64,000 nucleotides of DNA. It comes from Thermoplasmatota archaeon. Lineage in GTDB: Archaea; Thermoplasmatota; E2; JACPAO01; JAHFTW01. The stretch is taken from contig JBFIHX010000006.1 in the NCBI GenBank assembly GCA_041601615.1, forward strand, positions 32,001 through 96,000, given 5' to 3'. The position numbers and the translations under genes were made by a program. Under the pieces are notes generated by a model. The model was not told the DNA's origin. It did no database searches and saw only the letters and a list, made by a program, of their open reading frames with translations. Positions 37,846 through 47,824 of this stretch are shown here, one piece after another. Within the stretch, counting starts at the first letter, position 1. Each line of letters starts with the position of its first letter.

Positions 37846-38031
37846 GTGGACGACGACATTGACGACGGCGAGGAACTCTTCAACGACGACTTCGACGACT
37901 CAGATACAACCTTGCGCGCCGGCGTGCAAAAGCGCACTTGCCCCACCTGTCGCAAGTCCCTCGACTTCCGCGTGGAAGGCCGGTTTGTAGTACGGTTCTG
38001 CAAGACGTGCGACTACGAGACGGAGGATTGA
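37846..38031 (+). CDS. Small acidic zinc-ribbon protein
   Basis: GGAGG RBS then GTG 37846. Acidic N-terminus, CPTC-x16-CKTC. Confidence 0.65.
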   Translation: MDDDIDDGEELFNDDFDDSDTTLRAGVQKRTCPTCRKSLDFRVEGRFVVRFCKTCDYETED

Positions 38032-38112
38032 GGGGGCGGCGGCTCCGCAAGCTCACTCCGCAAGCCCTTTTCCCCCATGAGTCGCATTGAGCGACCCAAA
38101 GCACGATTGCCC

Positions 38113-39084
38113 CTACGAGTGCACAAGGGTCCCTTTCGGATCCGTACTCACAACACACCCATCTTCCGTGATGATCAAGCAAGCCTCGGTTTGGCTTACT
38201 TGTCCGCCGCTGGCTTCGCCAAGCGCAGGGTAGTGCTTGATGAGTGTCCCCTTCTGAAGTTGCGCCAGGTTGAATCCGAGTTTGTTGGGCTCGATCATGT
38301 CGGTACACCACCGCTCCGCGAACGGAAGCTTCGGGAAGCGCTTCTGGATGCCGCCGGCGAGTCGCTTGGCGGTCGGAAGGCGCAAGGGGCGCACGCGTTG
38401 GAAGTGGTAGATGTTGCCGAGTCCGGCGTCGATGACGCGACCGGCGGTGCCGTCGGTGACGAACGGCTCGCAAGCAAGCACGTCGCCGATGCGCGGGCGG
38501 CGGTGGATCTTCATGCCGACGTTGGGCACGGTGAGGCCAGCGTGGAGGTTGTAGGTCTCCAAGCTGTGGCCGGTGAGGTTCTGGATGGTCTTGAAACCAA
38601 GATCATTGGCAGTGAGCTCGATGGCGGCGCCGACGTCGCCAAGGTTGCAGTTGGGGCCGATGATCTCGATGGCGGTCTGAAGGCAGGCGCGGCTGGCTTC
38701 GATGAGTTCGGTGTGTGAATTGGTGTTGCCCACTTCCACGCTGATGGCATTGTCGGATAGGGCTCCGTCAAGTTCTGCGCCGCAGTCCAGCTTGGCCACG
38801 TCGCCTACTTCGAGAACGCGTGTATCGTCGTGCGTCGGGGTCCAGTGCGCGGCGATGTTGTTGAGGCTCACGGTGCAGGGGAAGGCTGTGCCGAAGCCCT
38901 TCTCCCGGATGAACTCCTCAACGGCCGTGACGACCTCGATGACGGGGCGGCCGGGTGTGCACAGCTCGCGTCCCACTTCGAGGGCTTGCGCCGCCACTTG
39001 GCCCGCCCGGAGCCATTTCTGGTACGTTTCGTCGTCTTCGATGACGGCCACTACTGGTTCCAGTCTGGGAACCCTGATAACCAT
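38113..39084 (-). CDS. map: Type II methionine aminopeptidase
   Basis: AFPCTVSLNNIAAHWTP, KLDCGA..DG..SDNA, NLTGH..LHAG, EPFVT, LPFAERW and VSQTE. Start may be a few codons downstream. Confidence 0.93.
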   Translation of the reverse strand: MVIRVPRLEPVVAVIEDDETYQKWLRAGQVAAQALEVGRELCTPGRPVIEVVTAVEEFIREKGFGTAFPCTVSLNNIAAHWTPTHDDTRVLEVGDVAKLDCGAELDGALSDNAISVEVGNTNSHTELIEASRACLQTAIEIIGPNCNLGDVGAAIELTANDLGFKTIQNLTGHSLETYNLHAGLTVPNVGMKIHRRPRIGDVLACEPFVTDGTAGRVIDAGLGNIYHFQRVRPLRLPTAKRLAGGIQKRFPKLPFAERWCTDMIEPNKLGFNLAQLQKGTLIKHYPALGEASGGQVSQTEACLIITEDGCVVSTDPKGTLVHS

Positions 39085-39094
39085 GTTGGGACGT

Positions 39095-39634
39095 TTACAG
39101 GCAGCTCAGCTGGTCCTGGTTGATGATGGTCATGGTCACTGTGCCATGGTCGTGCAGGGTGAGCGTCTCTCGAACTTCGAACATGTTGCCGCTGGATTCG
39201 TCCTGGAACGAATACTCCACGATCCATGAGTGGCCGTCGGCGGCCGGTTTGCCGTCGACCCACAGCTCGCCATCCACCCAGGAGAATTCGACCATGGATT
39301 CATCGCCAAAGGTTCGGCCAAATTCGCCGTTGGAGCCCGACCATTCATAGCCGCTGCCAAGCGTGGCTGCCTCCGGAATCTCGCCGGTCCAGCGATGAGC
39401 TAGAACATGTTCGGGAATTGGCTTGTCCTTGGTGCGCTGGTAGCTGAGTTTTCCCTCATGAAATTGCATCCAGGAGCAGTGTGGGCCTTGGTTGATGACA
39501 GAGGAGCCGTCGTTGTCTCCTAGGATGACGAGGCTGTTTTCCAATTCCCAGTAGCGGACATCTACATCAGGATCCGGGCCAGTGCAGCCAGATAGTAGGA
39601 ATCCGGCTAGCAGAATGCACGAGAGAATACGCAT
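39095..39634 (-). CDS. Hypothetical lipoprotein
   Basis: MRILSCILLAGFLLSGC lipobox. Confidence 0.75.
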   Translation of the reverse strand: MRILSCILLAGFLLSGCTGPDPDVDVRYWELENSLVILGDNDGSSVINQGPHCSWMQFHEGKLSYQRTKDKPIPEHVLAHRWTGEIPEAATLGSGYEWSGSNGEFGRTFGDESMVEFSWVDGELWVDGKPAADGHSWIVEYSFQDESSGNMFEVRETLTLHDHGTVTMTIINQDQLSCL

Positions 39635-39659
39635 GGTTCCGATGCCAGTAGCTAAACCA

Positions 39660-39845
39660 TCAGTCTTGCGTTTTGCTCAGTGCGTCCATTTCGGATGCCG
39701 GAAGCATGTCTTGGCGAAGGAATCGAGGAGCCCGCCCGGTTGCATCGACGATGGGGCTTGCCGTGCCGGGTACCCTGTCGCCCAACACCAAAAGGCCCGG
39801 AAAGAGCGCTCGCACTTCGTTGGCATTGATGGGGTTTGGTTCGCC
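39660..39845 (-). pseudogene. Displaced duplicate of the sua5 3' end
   Basis: GEPNPINANEVRALFPGLLVLGDRVPGTASPIVDATG matches the Sua5 C-terminus; 29/44 residues identical by manual alignment. Confidence 0.8.
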
Positions 39846-39889
39846 AAAGGGAAGGAGAAAGTGGGGAGAAGAGTTGGTGTGCATCGGGT

Positions 39890-40906
39890 TCAGTCAGCTA
39901 CGCGCTCGGCGATTCCGGACAAGCACGGGTCGCCTGGGACCGCCACGTATGCACGCAAGTTGTCCAGGAATACGGTGCTGTCGTAGATGTGGTCCCCTTG
40001 GTCAAAGACGCTAAAGAAGATGCGGTGCGTGTTCGTGTTTCCGGTGGGCGCGGGAAGGCTTGTGTAGGCGCGGTAATGCGCGGTTGCGCCATCGTAGGTC
40101 GTGCCACTTGCCGCTGCGGCCGTCATGCCCGGAGTGAGGGCACCGCCAGAAACGATACCTGGATTGTTGATGGCGACCACATCCGGAGTAATGATGAAGT
40201 TGAGGGGGGCGACGACGGCGTATGTGGGGGAGCCAGCGGTTTCCCAATTGCTAACGTCGACTTCCCCCACGAACGCGTCGTTGTATTGGGTTCCGACCCA
40301 TTCGGGGAATTCCTCGGAGTAGAACCGGAATTCAACGCTCAAACATGCTTCCAGGCGACCGTCGAGTGGTCCTCGTGGATCAAGTACGTCAACGTAGAGA
40401 ATGACTGCATCGTAGTCTGAGTTGGCGCCTCGGTCGGGGTCGGTGCCACCGTTGTTGGCGCTCGTGGACCCGGACGTGTTGGGTTGTTCCGTGTAGGTGA
40501 CGTCCCCAGATGAGAGCAGCGCGAAGGTGGATCCATCGCTGGGGAATGTGTTGATGACGCTGTTGGCAACTCCGGCAGGGTTTCCGTTGGGCGGGTACAC
40601 GAGCCAGCCGCTTTGCAGGATGGTCGTGCCCGTGGTTGCCATGGCAGCAGCGAGATCACCGGCGTTGCTGGTGGCCGTCACGGCGACTGTTTGGACTCCG
40701 GCTAGATTGGGAAGTTGGGGTAGGTGGGAGATGGGCGCTTGAAAGTCGCCGATGCGTTCCACAGGAGCGATGCTGGTTTCGGTAGTCCCAGCCGTCGTTC
40801 CTTGCGAAAAACCGACGACAAGGACAAGCAGCAGACCCAGGACGGTTGCGGTTCGAGGCAGGTTTGCGCGATGAATCGCACGTTCACTTTTTGTATGGTT
40901 ATCCAT
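39890..40906 (-). CDS. Secreted choice-of-anchor L-like domain protein
   Basis: Signal peptide, LLSSG, FRFYSEEFPEWVGTQYNDAF, TTYDG and DQGDHIYDSTVFL motifs. Confidence 0.75.
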   Translation of the reverse strand: MDNHTKSERAIHRANLPRTATVLGLLLVLVVGFSQGTTAGTTETSIAPVERIGDFQAPISHLPQLPNLAGVQTVAVTATSNAGDLAAAMATTGTTILQSGWLVYPPNGNPAGVANSVINTFPSDGSTFALLSSGDVTYTEQPNTSGSTSANNGGTDPDRGANSDYDAVILYVDVLDPRGPLDGRLEACLSVEFRFYSEEFPEWVGTQYNDAFVGEVDVSNWETAGSPTYAVVAPLNFIITPDVVAINNPGIVSGGALTPGMTAAAASGTTYDGATAHYRAYTSLPAPTGNTNTHRIFFSVFDQGDHIYDSTVFLDNLRAYVAVPGDPCLSGIAERVAD

Positions 40907-41002
40907 ATAGTTCACCAATTGGCAGGTATTAGGCCAATTGGAGTGAAATAGCACCCTTTATCTTAATGTGTGTCGCTATTTCATTACCCTTAAATTAATT
41001 AA

Positions 41003-41590
41003 TTAATGTTTTGATGCTTTATTGATGGTTTGTTCGGAAACGGCCCCCGCTCGAAGGACTATCGGCTCCTCGCCCGTCACATCCACCACCGTGCTTGCGG
41101 TGCCAGGAACTGTTCCATCCAACACCAGTAGGCCCGGAAACATAGCCCGGACCTCGTCGGCCGTGATTGGATCGGGTCCCCCATGCAAGTTCGCACTTGT
41201 CATCACAAGTGGATCCGTAGCATCAAGAATCCGGCGCGCCACGTCATGATCCGGAACACGAACGCTAAGCGTGTCGAATCCGGGCGCCACGTGCGCAAGT
41301 TCCGGGTCCCGGCGCTTCAGAACGAGACTGATGGGGCCCGGCATGAATGCCGCTGCGAGCTTGTCCGCCAGTGGTGTTGGAAGTATGGCCCCTTGGGCAG
41401 AGCGCCAGGAATGAAAGCCAAGGGCCAGGGGTACGCCTTCTGGTCGCTGCTTGAGCCGAAACACTTCTTGCACGGCCTCAGGAACGAGCGCGGGGGCTGC
41501 GAGCGCCCACACGGTCTCCGTGGGAAAGCAGACGCATTGGCCATCTAGGAGTGCCTGCACCGCGGCGCGAACATCCACGACGCCGGCCAT
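41003..41590 (-). CDS. sua5: L-threonylcarbamoyladenylate synthase (TsaC/YrdC domain only)
   Basis: FPTETVWAL, LKQRP, PGPISLV, VRVPDH, TSANLHG and ASTVVD motifs. Confidence 0.92.
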   Translation of the reverse strand: MAGVVDVRAAVQALLDGQCVCFPTETVWALAAPALVPEAVQEVFRLKQRPEGVPLALGFHSWRSAQGAILPTPLADKLAAAFMPGPISLVLKRRDPELAHVAPGFDTLSVRVPDHDVARRILDATDPLVMTSANLHGGPDPITADEVRAMFPGLLVLDGTVPGTASTVVDVTGEEPIVLRAGAVSEQTINKASKH

Positions 41591-41591
41591 G

Positions 41592-42092
41592 CTACTTCTT
41601 GTCCATGGCGTCTTTCAGCAAGTCGCCGATGGTGAGGCCTGCCTTGCTTGCGCCCTGCTTGACGCCACCAACGGCGGCGGGACCGGCGTCGACCTTTTCC
41701 AGGAGCGTAATGCCCAGGTCACGCTCGAAGCGCTTCGTCAAGTCGTCGCTGGGGCGCAGGCCGCCGGCTTCGATCTTGTGCAGTTGCGGAACGCGAGCCG
41801 AGACCTTGTTTCCCAGTTGCTCCAGCGTCCAGCCTTTGGCTTCGCGGGCCTTTCGGATGCGAGCGCCGAAGTCCGACACGAGGTCCATGGTGTCCTGCTC
41901 GTACACGTTTCGGCTGGTCATACGCGTTGCGCGCTTTTCCAGGTTTTGCGTCACTGCGGCCTTGCTTCCCGCCGGCGCTGGCGCATCCAGGGGGGTGCCG
42001 TACTTGGTACAGCAGGTGCCCAGATTCATGACGGTGCCCGAGACGTCGTGGCGCCTGGTCGCGATGGTCTTGCCGCACATCTCACATTCCAT
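41592..42092 (-). CDS. mbf1: Archaeal multiprotein bridging factor 1 (Zn ribbon + HTH)
   Basis: MECEMCG, IRKAREAKGWTLEQLG, KIEAG.LRP and LTIGDLL motifs. Confidence 0.92.
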   Translation of the reverse strand: MECEMCGKTIATRRHDVSGTVMNLGTCCTKYGTPLDAPAPAGSKAAVTQNLEKRATRMTSRNVYEQDTMDLVSDFGARIRKAREAKGWTLEQLGNKVSARVPQLHKIEAGGLRPSDDLTKRFERDLGITLLEKVDAGPAAVGGVKQGASKAGLTIGDLLKDAMDKK

Positions 42093-42143
42093 GCAATCCC
42101 TCGTGCCCGTACGGGCACAACAAGTCCTAAACGCGCCCTCCAT

Positions 42144-43352
42144 ATGAACACCACCGAAGTGGCTGAGCTGGACGACACCGCGGCACTGGCCCGCACACTC
42201 GAAGAGCGCAATGCGGAACTGCGCAAGGACAAGCGAAAGGCCACCGCAGAGGTTCGCGTCCTCCAAGAAGAGGTCCGCAATTTGACCCGGGAAGTGCAAC
42301 GGCTCAACGTGGAGCTAGAGAAGATTAAGCACCCACCGCTCATCGTTGGTTCCGTGCTGGACATCCTCGTGGATGGCCGCGTCATCATCAAAAGCAGCAC
42401 TGGCCCCAACTTCGTCGTCCCAAGTGCCGAATTTGTGGACAAAGAACGCCTCAAGCCAGGAACACGCGTGTCGCTGGCCCAAAACACCCTCACGGTTGTG
42501 GGCATTCTTCCCGGCAGCCGTGATCCGGTAGTGGCAGGAAGCGAAGTCAGCCGCCGACCGACGGTTACCTACGCCAGCATCGGCGGCATGGACGAGGTCA
42601 TCGCTGAAGTGCGGGAAACCGTCGAATACCCCCTCACACGCGCAAGCCTGTTTGCGGAATTAGGCATCACGCCCCCCAAAGGCGTCCTTCTTCAGGGCCC
42701 ACCCGGCACCGGCAAAACCATGCTCGCCAAGGCAGTGGCCAATGCGACCGACGCCACCTTCATCCGCCTCGTGGCCCCCGAATTGGTGCAGAAATTCATC
42801 GGAGAAGGCGCCCGGCGCGTGCGCGAAGTCTTCGAAATGGCCCGCGAAAAAGCCCCCAGCATCATCTTCATCGACGAAATCGACGCCCTCGGCGCCCGCC
42901 GCACCGACGACGGCACCTCCTCGAACCGCGAAGTGGAACGCACACTCATGCAACTCTTGGCCGAATTGGACGGCTTTGAGCCACGCGGTGACGTGCGCAT
43001 CATCGCCGCCACCAACCGCGCCGACGTGCTCGACCCCGCCCTGCTTCGCCCCGGCCGCTTCGACCGCGTCATCGACGTGCCACTTCCCACCCACGAAGGT
43101 GTTCACAGCATCTTCAGCCTCCACACCAACGGCATTCGCCTCGGCGAAGACGTGGACCTGGAAGACCTGGTCTCTCGAACCGGCCCGATCAGTGGCGCCG
43201 ACATTCAAAGTCTCTGCACAGAAGCGGGCATGAGAGCCGTGCGCAACGATCGGTCCTCCGTGCACCACGAGGACTTCCTGGCCGCCATTCGCAAACTCCA
43301 ACGAGGCGATTTGGACGTGCACCAGCGCGGCGCGGCCGGCCTGTACGCCTAG
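42144..43352 (+). CDS. pan: Proteasome-activating nucleotidase
   Basis: N-terminal coiled coil, PPLIVG, KSSTGP, GPPGTGKT, FIDEIDA, REVERTLMQLLAELDGF and C-terminal HbYX motif LYA. Confidence 0.95.
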   Translation: MNTTEVAELDDTAALARTLEERNAELRKDKRKATAEVRVLQEEVRNLTREVQRLNVELEKIKHPPLIVGSVLDILVDGRVIIKSSTGPNFVVPSAEFVDKERLKPGTRVSLAQNTLTVVGILPGSRDPVVAGSEVSRRPTVTYASIGGMDEVIAEVRETVEYPLTRASLFAELGITPPKGVLLQGPPGTGKTMLAKAVANATDATFIRLVAPELVQKFIGEGARRVREVFEMAREKAPSIIFIDEIDALGARRTDDGTSSNREVERTLMQLLAELDGFEPRGDVRIIAATNRADVLDPALLRPGRFDRVIDVPLPTHEGVHSIFSLHTNGIRLGEDVDLEDLVSRTGPISGADIQSLCTEAGMRAVRNDRSSVHHEDFLAAIRKLQRGDLDVHQRGAAGLYA

Positions 43353-43421
43353 CAATCAGGCCCTTTCGACCGCCTGAACCAAGCGCTCGGTTTATGGCCC
43401 CCGGCACCATCCTTGGACTCA

Positions 43422-43982
43422 ATGGATGTCCAGGAGGCCCTCAACCAGGCCCAGGCCCACCTCAAGAATGCCATGGAGCAATCGAAGTTGCCCCTGATCA
43501 AGGAGGACCTGCTCTACCAATGGGACAACCAGATCACGACCATGGACAACTTCCTGGCCGAGACGGAGATCCTCAAGGACAAGCTCCTCGACCGCGCCCG
43601 CCAGAGCCTGCGCACCGTCAAGAAGCAACTCACCGACGCCGTCATTGCCTTCGAGGCCAAACAGGCCGGCGAAGATCCTCCGGAGGACGAGGAGACCAGC
43701 GACGAGGAGTGGGCCGAGGCCTACGAAGAGCAAGCCACCGAGATGCTCGAATTGGTACGCGAGGCACTCGACGAAACCGTTTCAGACGTGCGCGAACTGG
43801 ACAAGTGGGAAGAGCCACTGGCCATCGTCAACGGCTTCCTTGCCGATTCGGAGCCATACCAGCACCTCAACCATGAATTGCAAAAGATCCGCAGCATGGT
43901 CCGTGTCGCCCGCCGCGAGTTGAAGGGCAAAATCGACGCTGTGTTCCGTCAATGGCGCGAAGCCGACATGCGTGCCGCATAA
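43422..43982 (+). CDS. Acidic all-helical hypothetical protein
   Basis: Strong coding bias, amphipathic helices, TTTATG box upstream. Confidence 0.7.
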   Translation: MDVQEALNQAQAHLKNAMEQSKLPLIKEDLLYQWDNQITTMDNFLAETEILKDKLLDRARQSLRTVKKQLTDAVIAFEAKQAGEDPPEDEETSDEEWAEAYEEQATEMLELVREALDETVSDVRELDKWEEPLAIVNGFLADSEPYQHLNHELQKIRSMVRVARRELKGKIDAVFRQWREADMRAA

Positions 43983-44081
43983 CTGAATCAAGCGGCATCA
44001 CTTGGCTGAACAGGCCCAGCACCGCATCGGCGCTGCAGCAAAGGAGCCCCATGTGCGACCGAGCTCCGAAGCAAATCCGGA

Positions 44082-44711
44082 CTACGTCGTGTCCGGGCTC
44101 TCTTCGTCCAATTCGCGCCGCTCCTGTGCATTCCAAGGCTTAATCGCCAAATTGGTTCGGAACGCCTCCGTGCCGCGCAATTGGAACGGCAAATCATGGC
44201 CCACGAGGCTGGGATCGCCCTGCAACACGGCTTCAAGCGCCGGCGTCAAGTGCACTTTGCGGTGCGCGGTGGAGCGGTCAATCTGAATGAGTTTGGTGGT
44301 TTCCAGACGCTCCAAGTGCCAACGCACCGCGCGCGCGGTGATGCCTAGTTGCCTGCCGATGGCGCGCCAGCTCATTTCGGGCTTTTCGTGGATCAAGTAC
44401 AAGATCTTGCGGCGCGTTTCGCCTCGCGCGCCCGCCACAGCCTTCTGGAGTTCCATGAACGCCATATTGCGCGGGAAGAAATGGACGCGACGACCTTCGC
44501 GGCGCTTGGAAACGAGACCCGCACGCAGCAACCGCTTCAGGTGATACTTGGCGGTGTTGCGATCTATGCCGGCACGGACGGAAAGTTCCGTTTCGCAGAT
44601 GCCCGCATTGGATTCGATGAAGTCGAGCAAGCGCGCCCGCCCTTCATGACCCAACAGCGGATGGACTCCGACCCGATGATCGTCGTTCTCCTCGAAAGCC
44701 GACTCCGGCAT
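44082..44711 (-). CDS. Double winged-HTH transcriptional regulator (ArsR-like, archaeal)
   Basis: R.RLLDFI..NAGI...EL......NTAKYHLKRL and RRKILYLI...PEMS...IG......RAVRWHLERL. Divergent from the paralog cluster. Confidence 0.85.
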   Translation of the reverse strand: MPESAFEENDDHRVGVHPLLGHEGRARLLDFIESNAGICETELSVRAGIDRNTAKYHLKRLLRAGLVSKRREGRRVHFFPRNMAFMELQKAVAGARGETRRKILYLIHEKPEMSWRAIGRQLGITARAVRWHLERLETTKLIQIDRSTAHRKVHLTPALEAVLQGDPSLVGHDLPFQLRGTEAFRTNLAIKPWNAQERRELDEESPDTT

Positions 44712-44969
44712 ACCGATCCGAACCACCAGGGTCCAATTTGCATACTACATAAGCCCGTTTTGGTTATGTGGGGTACATTTGGCCGAACTTGGGCACCTCA
44801 CTGCATCGCCACGGCGGGCTTCGATTGCCAATGATGTCGATCATACCCCAGATGTTGGGCCGATTCGACCATCGATATAACGGCGCATCAATGATTGAAA
44901 TGTATGCCCAATGGTTTCCTTTTTGGCCGATTATAGCGCAGACTCATCGGTGTTGGGTCTCTTCGATAG

Positions 44970-45017
44970 TGGCCATATTGTTACCCGGGACATATTGTGG
45001 TGATTTGTTTTATTATC
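44970..45017 (+). promoter_or_regulatory. Conserved upstream element, copy 1 (direct repeats + TATA-like box)
   Basis: tggccatattgttacccgggacatattgtggtgatttgttttattatc; 38/48 identical to 48643-48690. Confidence 0.7.
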
Positions 45018-45067
45018 CCCCCGTCTATGCGATGGATGTGGGCCAACGCCCGCAGGAGATACAAAAC

Positions 45068-45757
45068 ATGAAGACTACCAAGATCGCCGCCATGATTATG
45101 GCGGTCGCGATTGCCATGAGCGTCGCCCCCCTCGCCTCCGCTGACGCCTGCAGCGGCAACGACTGCTACAAGAAGACCGCAACCGGACCTGGCGGAGCAA
45201 ACGTCAAGTTCTTCGGCAGCGCCGGCCTCGGCTTCTGCCTGGCCCCCGGCCTGCCCCTCCCCTGCCTCGAAGGCGGTGGCGGTGGCGTGTTCTTCAACGT
45301 CAGCAGCTACAACGCCCCCGGCGTTTCCAGCGTCTCCGTGAGCGTCTGGGCTGAGTTCATCGGCGGCGGCGTCAGCCAACCCGACCCCGAACTCGAAGGC
45401 TTCGACATGACCGTGTGCAGCGACCGCGACGACAACAGCGTCTGCTCCCCGGACCTCGACTCGCCTGACCTGTACGAAGTCGTCTACTCCGACGGCGCCG
45501 AAGTCGGCAAGGACGACGGCAAGGACGATGACTCCCTGCAGGCCTCCTGGTCCGGCTGCCTGGAAGTCGACGAGGCCAACCTCTTCGACCCTGCCCAAGA
45601 ATTCGACGACCTCGTAGTGTTCGTTGGCGCCTGGGCCGACAACAGCGCTGTTGACAACCTCCTCGACGACGAGCCCGGCAACGGCGAGAACGATGGCGCT
45701 GGCGCCTCCGTCGGCCAGTTCGACATCTACCTGAGCGTCGGCAGCTACGGCTGCTAG
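45068..45757 (+). CDS. Secreted Cys-patterned acidic protein, paralog 1
   Basis: CGCAGGAG RBS, signal ending ASA. DCYKKTATGPG, FCLAPGLPLPCLEGGGGGVFF, VWAEFIGGGV, MTVCSDRDDN, LVVFVGA and GQFDIYL motifs. Confidence 0.85.
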   Translation: MKTTKIAAMIMAVAIAMSVAPLASADACSGNDCYKKTATGPGGANVKFFGSAGLGFCLAPGLPLPCLEGGGGGVFFNVSSYNAPGVSSVSVSVWAEFIGGGVSQPDPELEGFDMTVCSDRDDNSVCSPDLDSPDLYEVVYSDGAEVGKDDGKDDDSLQASWSGCLEVDEANLFDPAQEFDDLVVFVGAWADNSAVDNLLDDEPGNGENDGAGASVGQFDIYLSVGSYGC

Positions 45758-46287
45758 ACCCTTAGGCCCGTAACCAAGTACTCTTCCACCTCTCCCCCAC
45801 CCCTTTGCACCAGAGGCAATGTTGAGCCTCTAGGACCCCAACTGACATCCATGAAATCAGGGCGCTCCGCCCACCCCGCCATGGGCGTGAAGCCACCGTC
45901 AGAACTGCCGTCGCAGCACCTCATCCAGTCGCGAGCAGCGCCTTAAGAAATCCCCATTCGACCCCACATTTTATTTGAAGTTATTCAATTATTGTTGATC
46001 GTTGTTAAATTTACACACCGATTGGTTATGGATTGAATATCAACCTTCCAGTCAATGATTTAATTCCAATGAAGTTGAAAACTTAGTTTGTAATAATATA
46101 TCATTTAAAGTACATGATGTTTATTCTAAGGCCTCTTCGAGAAGTTTTGTTTCCTTGCAATAATTATCATGTTCATTTTCCTATTAACTCCTACATCGAA
46201 TAATGGGGAAGAATGCGGTCACAAATTATGACGTTCGTTCCTGATTTCCTTCCATTAGCGGGCTTGATCCCGCAGGAGATAACAACA

Positions 46288-47040
46288 ATGAACAAGAAAA
46301 CGATGGCCGTCCCCATGGCCTTGTGTCTACTCGCGATGTCAGTCGCGCCCCTTGGATCGGCCGATCCCTGCGATGAAAGCGGAGCAGACTGCTACAAGAA
46401 AACGGCCACGGGGCCGGGAAGCGCTCTGGTCAAAGGCGTAGCTGGTGGCGGCCTTGCATTCTGTCTCGCCCCAGGACTTCCGCTGCCCTGCCTCGCTGGC
46501 GGTGGCGGAGGCGTATTCTTCAACATCACCGAATACAACCAAGGCTCGGGATTCAACACCGGCCTCAACATCGACGTCTGGGCAGAGTTTATCGGCGGCG
46601 GTGTAACGAACCCCGATGTGGCGCTGGACGGCTTCCGTATGACCGTGTGCGCAGATCGCGACCTGTCTGGCGTCTGCACGCCAAACGTCGGATCTGAGGA
46701 CGATTACGTGACCACCTTCGCCACCTCGCCCGAAGAGGATTGTGATTCGGCAAAAGGCGGCGCCGCATCCAAGGACGACAAATGCAGCGAAGACGGTACG
46801 GTCGACGCTTGGATCCAGATGTGCGTCAACAAGGATTTGGCCTTCGATAACCCAGAACCCCTCGAGGACATCCCCGAAGCCTGGAGCACCATTGTTGTGT
46901 TCATCGGCGCATACGCAGACTCCGCAAATCTAACGAACTTGGGTTTGTCTGTCGGCCAGTTCGACGTCTACCTCAGCGTGGATCCCGTAAGCGTGGAATC
47001 CTGCCCGGAAACCCCGACCCGGCTGAATGCCCGCACCTAA
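46288..47040 (+). CDS. Secreted Cys-patterned acidic protein, paralog 2
   Basis: Same RBS and motifs as paralog 1. Confidence 0.85.
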   Translation: MNKKTMAVPMALCLLAMSVAPLGSADPCDESGADCYKKTATGPGSALVKGVAGGGLAFCLAPGLPLPCLAGGGGGVFFNITEYNQGSGFNTGLNIDVWAEFIGGGVTNPDVALDGFRMTVCADRDLSGVCTPNVGSEDDYVTTFATSPEEDCDSAKGGAASKDDKCSEDGTVDAWIQMCVNKDLAFDNPEPLEDIPEAWSTIVVFIGAYADSANLTNLGLSVGQFDVYLSVDPVSVESCPETPTRLNART

Positions 47041-47053
47041 GAGCAATAGCAAT

Positions 47054-47079
47054 CTCTCAACCCCCTCCCCCCTTTTTTC
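47054..47079 (+). terminator. Pyrimidine/oligo-T tract, probable archaeal terminator
   Basis: ctctcaaccccctccccccttttttc right after the stop. Similar tracts follow paralog 1 (45781-45806) and paralog 3 (48623-48642). Confidence 0.55.
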
Positions 47080-47824
47080 AAGTGCATCATTAAATAATAA
47101 TAAACTTATCTATATTTGTAACCAATTCATGAGGTAGTTGGATTGAAGGAAGGTTAATGATAATTTTTTGTGCCCTTACCATTCTAGCCGCGCGCAAATA
47201 ATCCCAAATCCTCGTCAAGGATGCGAGTAGCGGCATGGAGGAGGTTGGTCCCTTTGCCCCTGTGATGAAAACGAGCCATTGGCCTGCGACCCCCCTTGGC
47301 CATCGCTTCAGCGGTCCCATACTCGGCATGATCAAGCATGCCCGAGGAATGCCCGACGATGCCCCCAAGCCGATAAAGCCGGAACCAAACCCCATAGTTG
47401 CCGCATGAATGTCGACCGATGGTGATGCTTGAATCAATGGCCCTGCGGGACACCACACGCAATTGGCGCAGTGCCCTTTCATGCAAATATACTCAATTTT
47501 ATTGATTTTTTCCTTATTCCCTGGTTTTCAAGGGGCTGGGGCGACCATGATGCAAAACCGTGGCGTATTATTTCATATTTTCTATAATTAAAGGCATGTG
47601 GTCCAAAATAGCCCCTATTTATTTTTCCTTTAATTGCTGATTGATTGCATTTTTGTATTATTTAGACCCGACTTGACTTAATATGCATATAACTGAATGG
47701 CTGTATGTAGCAAAACTATTCATAATATCTTTACAACTATGGGGACTAATCTGGCGATAAATATTACATGCTGCCGCCCAATGTTCCCCCACCGGGCCAA
47801 AAAGGCTCGCAGGAGTAACATACA

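Noticed and set aside
38030-38080. ctccgcaagc direct repeat with G-run/C-run flanks as a small RNA or tRNA fragment
   Set aside because: No cloverleaf or C/D boxes. It is more likely a terminator region between convergent genes.
41451-42143. Long N-terminal extensions of ORF-track calls (PAN 633 aa, epimerase 481 aa, carboxyltransferase 650 aa, LonB 720 aa, paralog 1 329 aa)
   Set aside because: The extensions overlap neighbouring genes or promoters. Downstream starts fit family lengths, signal peptides or RBS positions.
41592-43352. Tightly divergent mbf1-pan pair as a novel system
   Set aside because: Adjacency of mbf1 and pan is a known archaeal gene neighbourhood.
47090-47486. Short minus-strand ORFs between paralogs 2 and 3
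   Set aside because: No recognisable motif, RBS or codon bias. A decayed fragment or ncRNA cannot be excluded but is unsupported.
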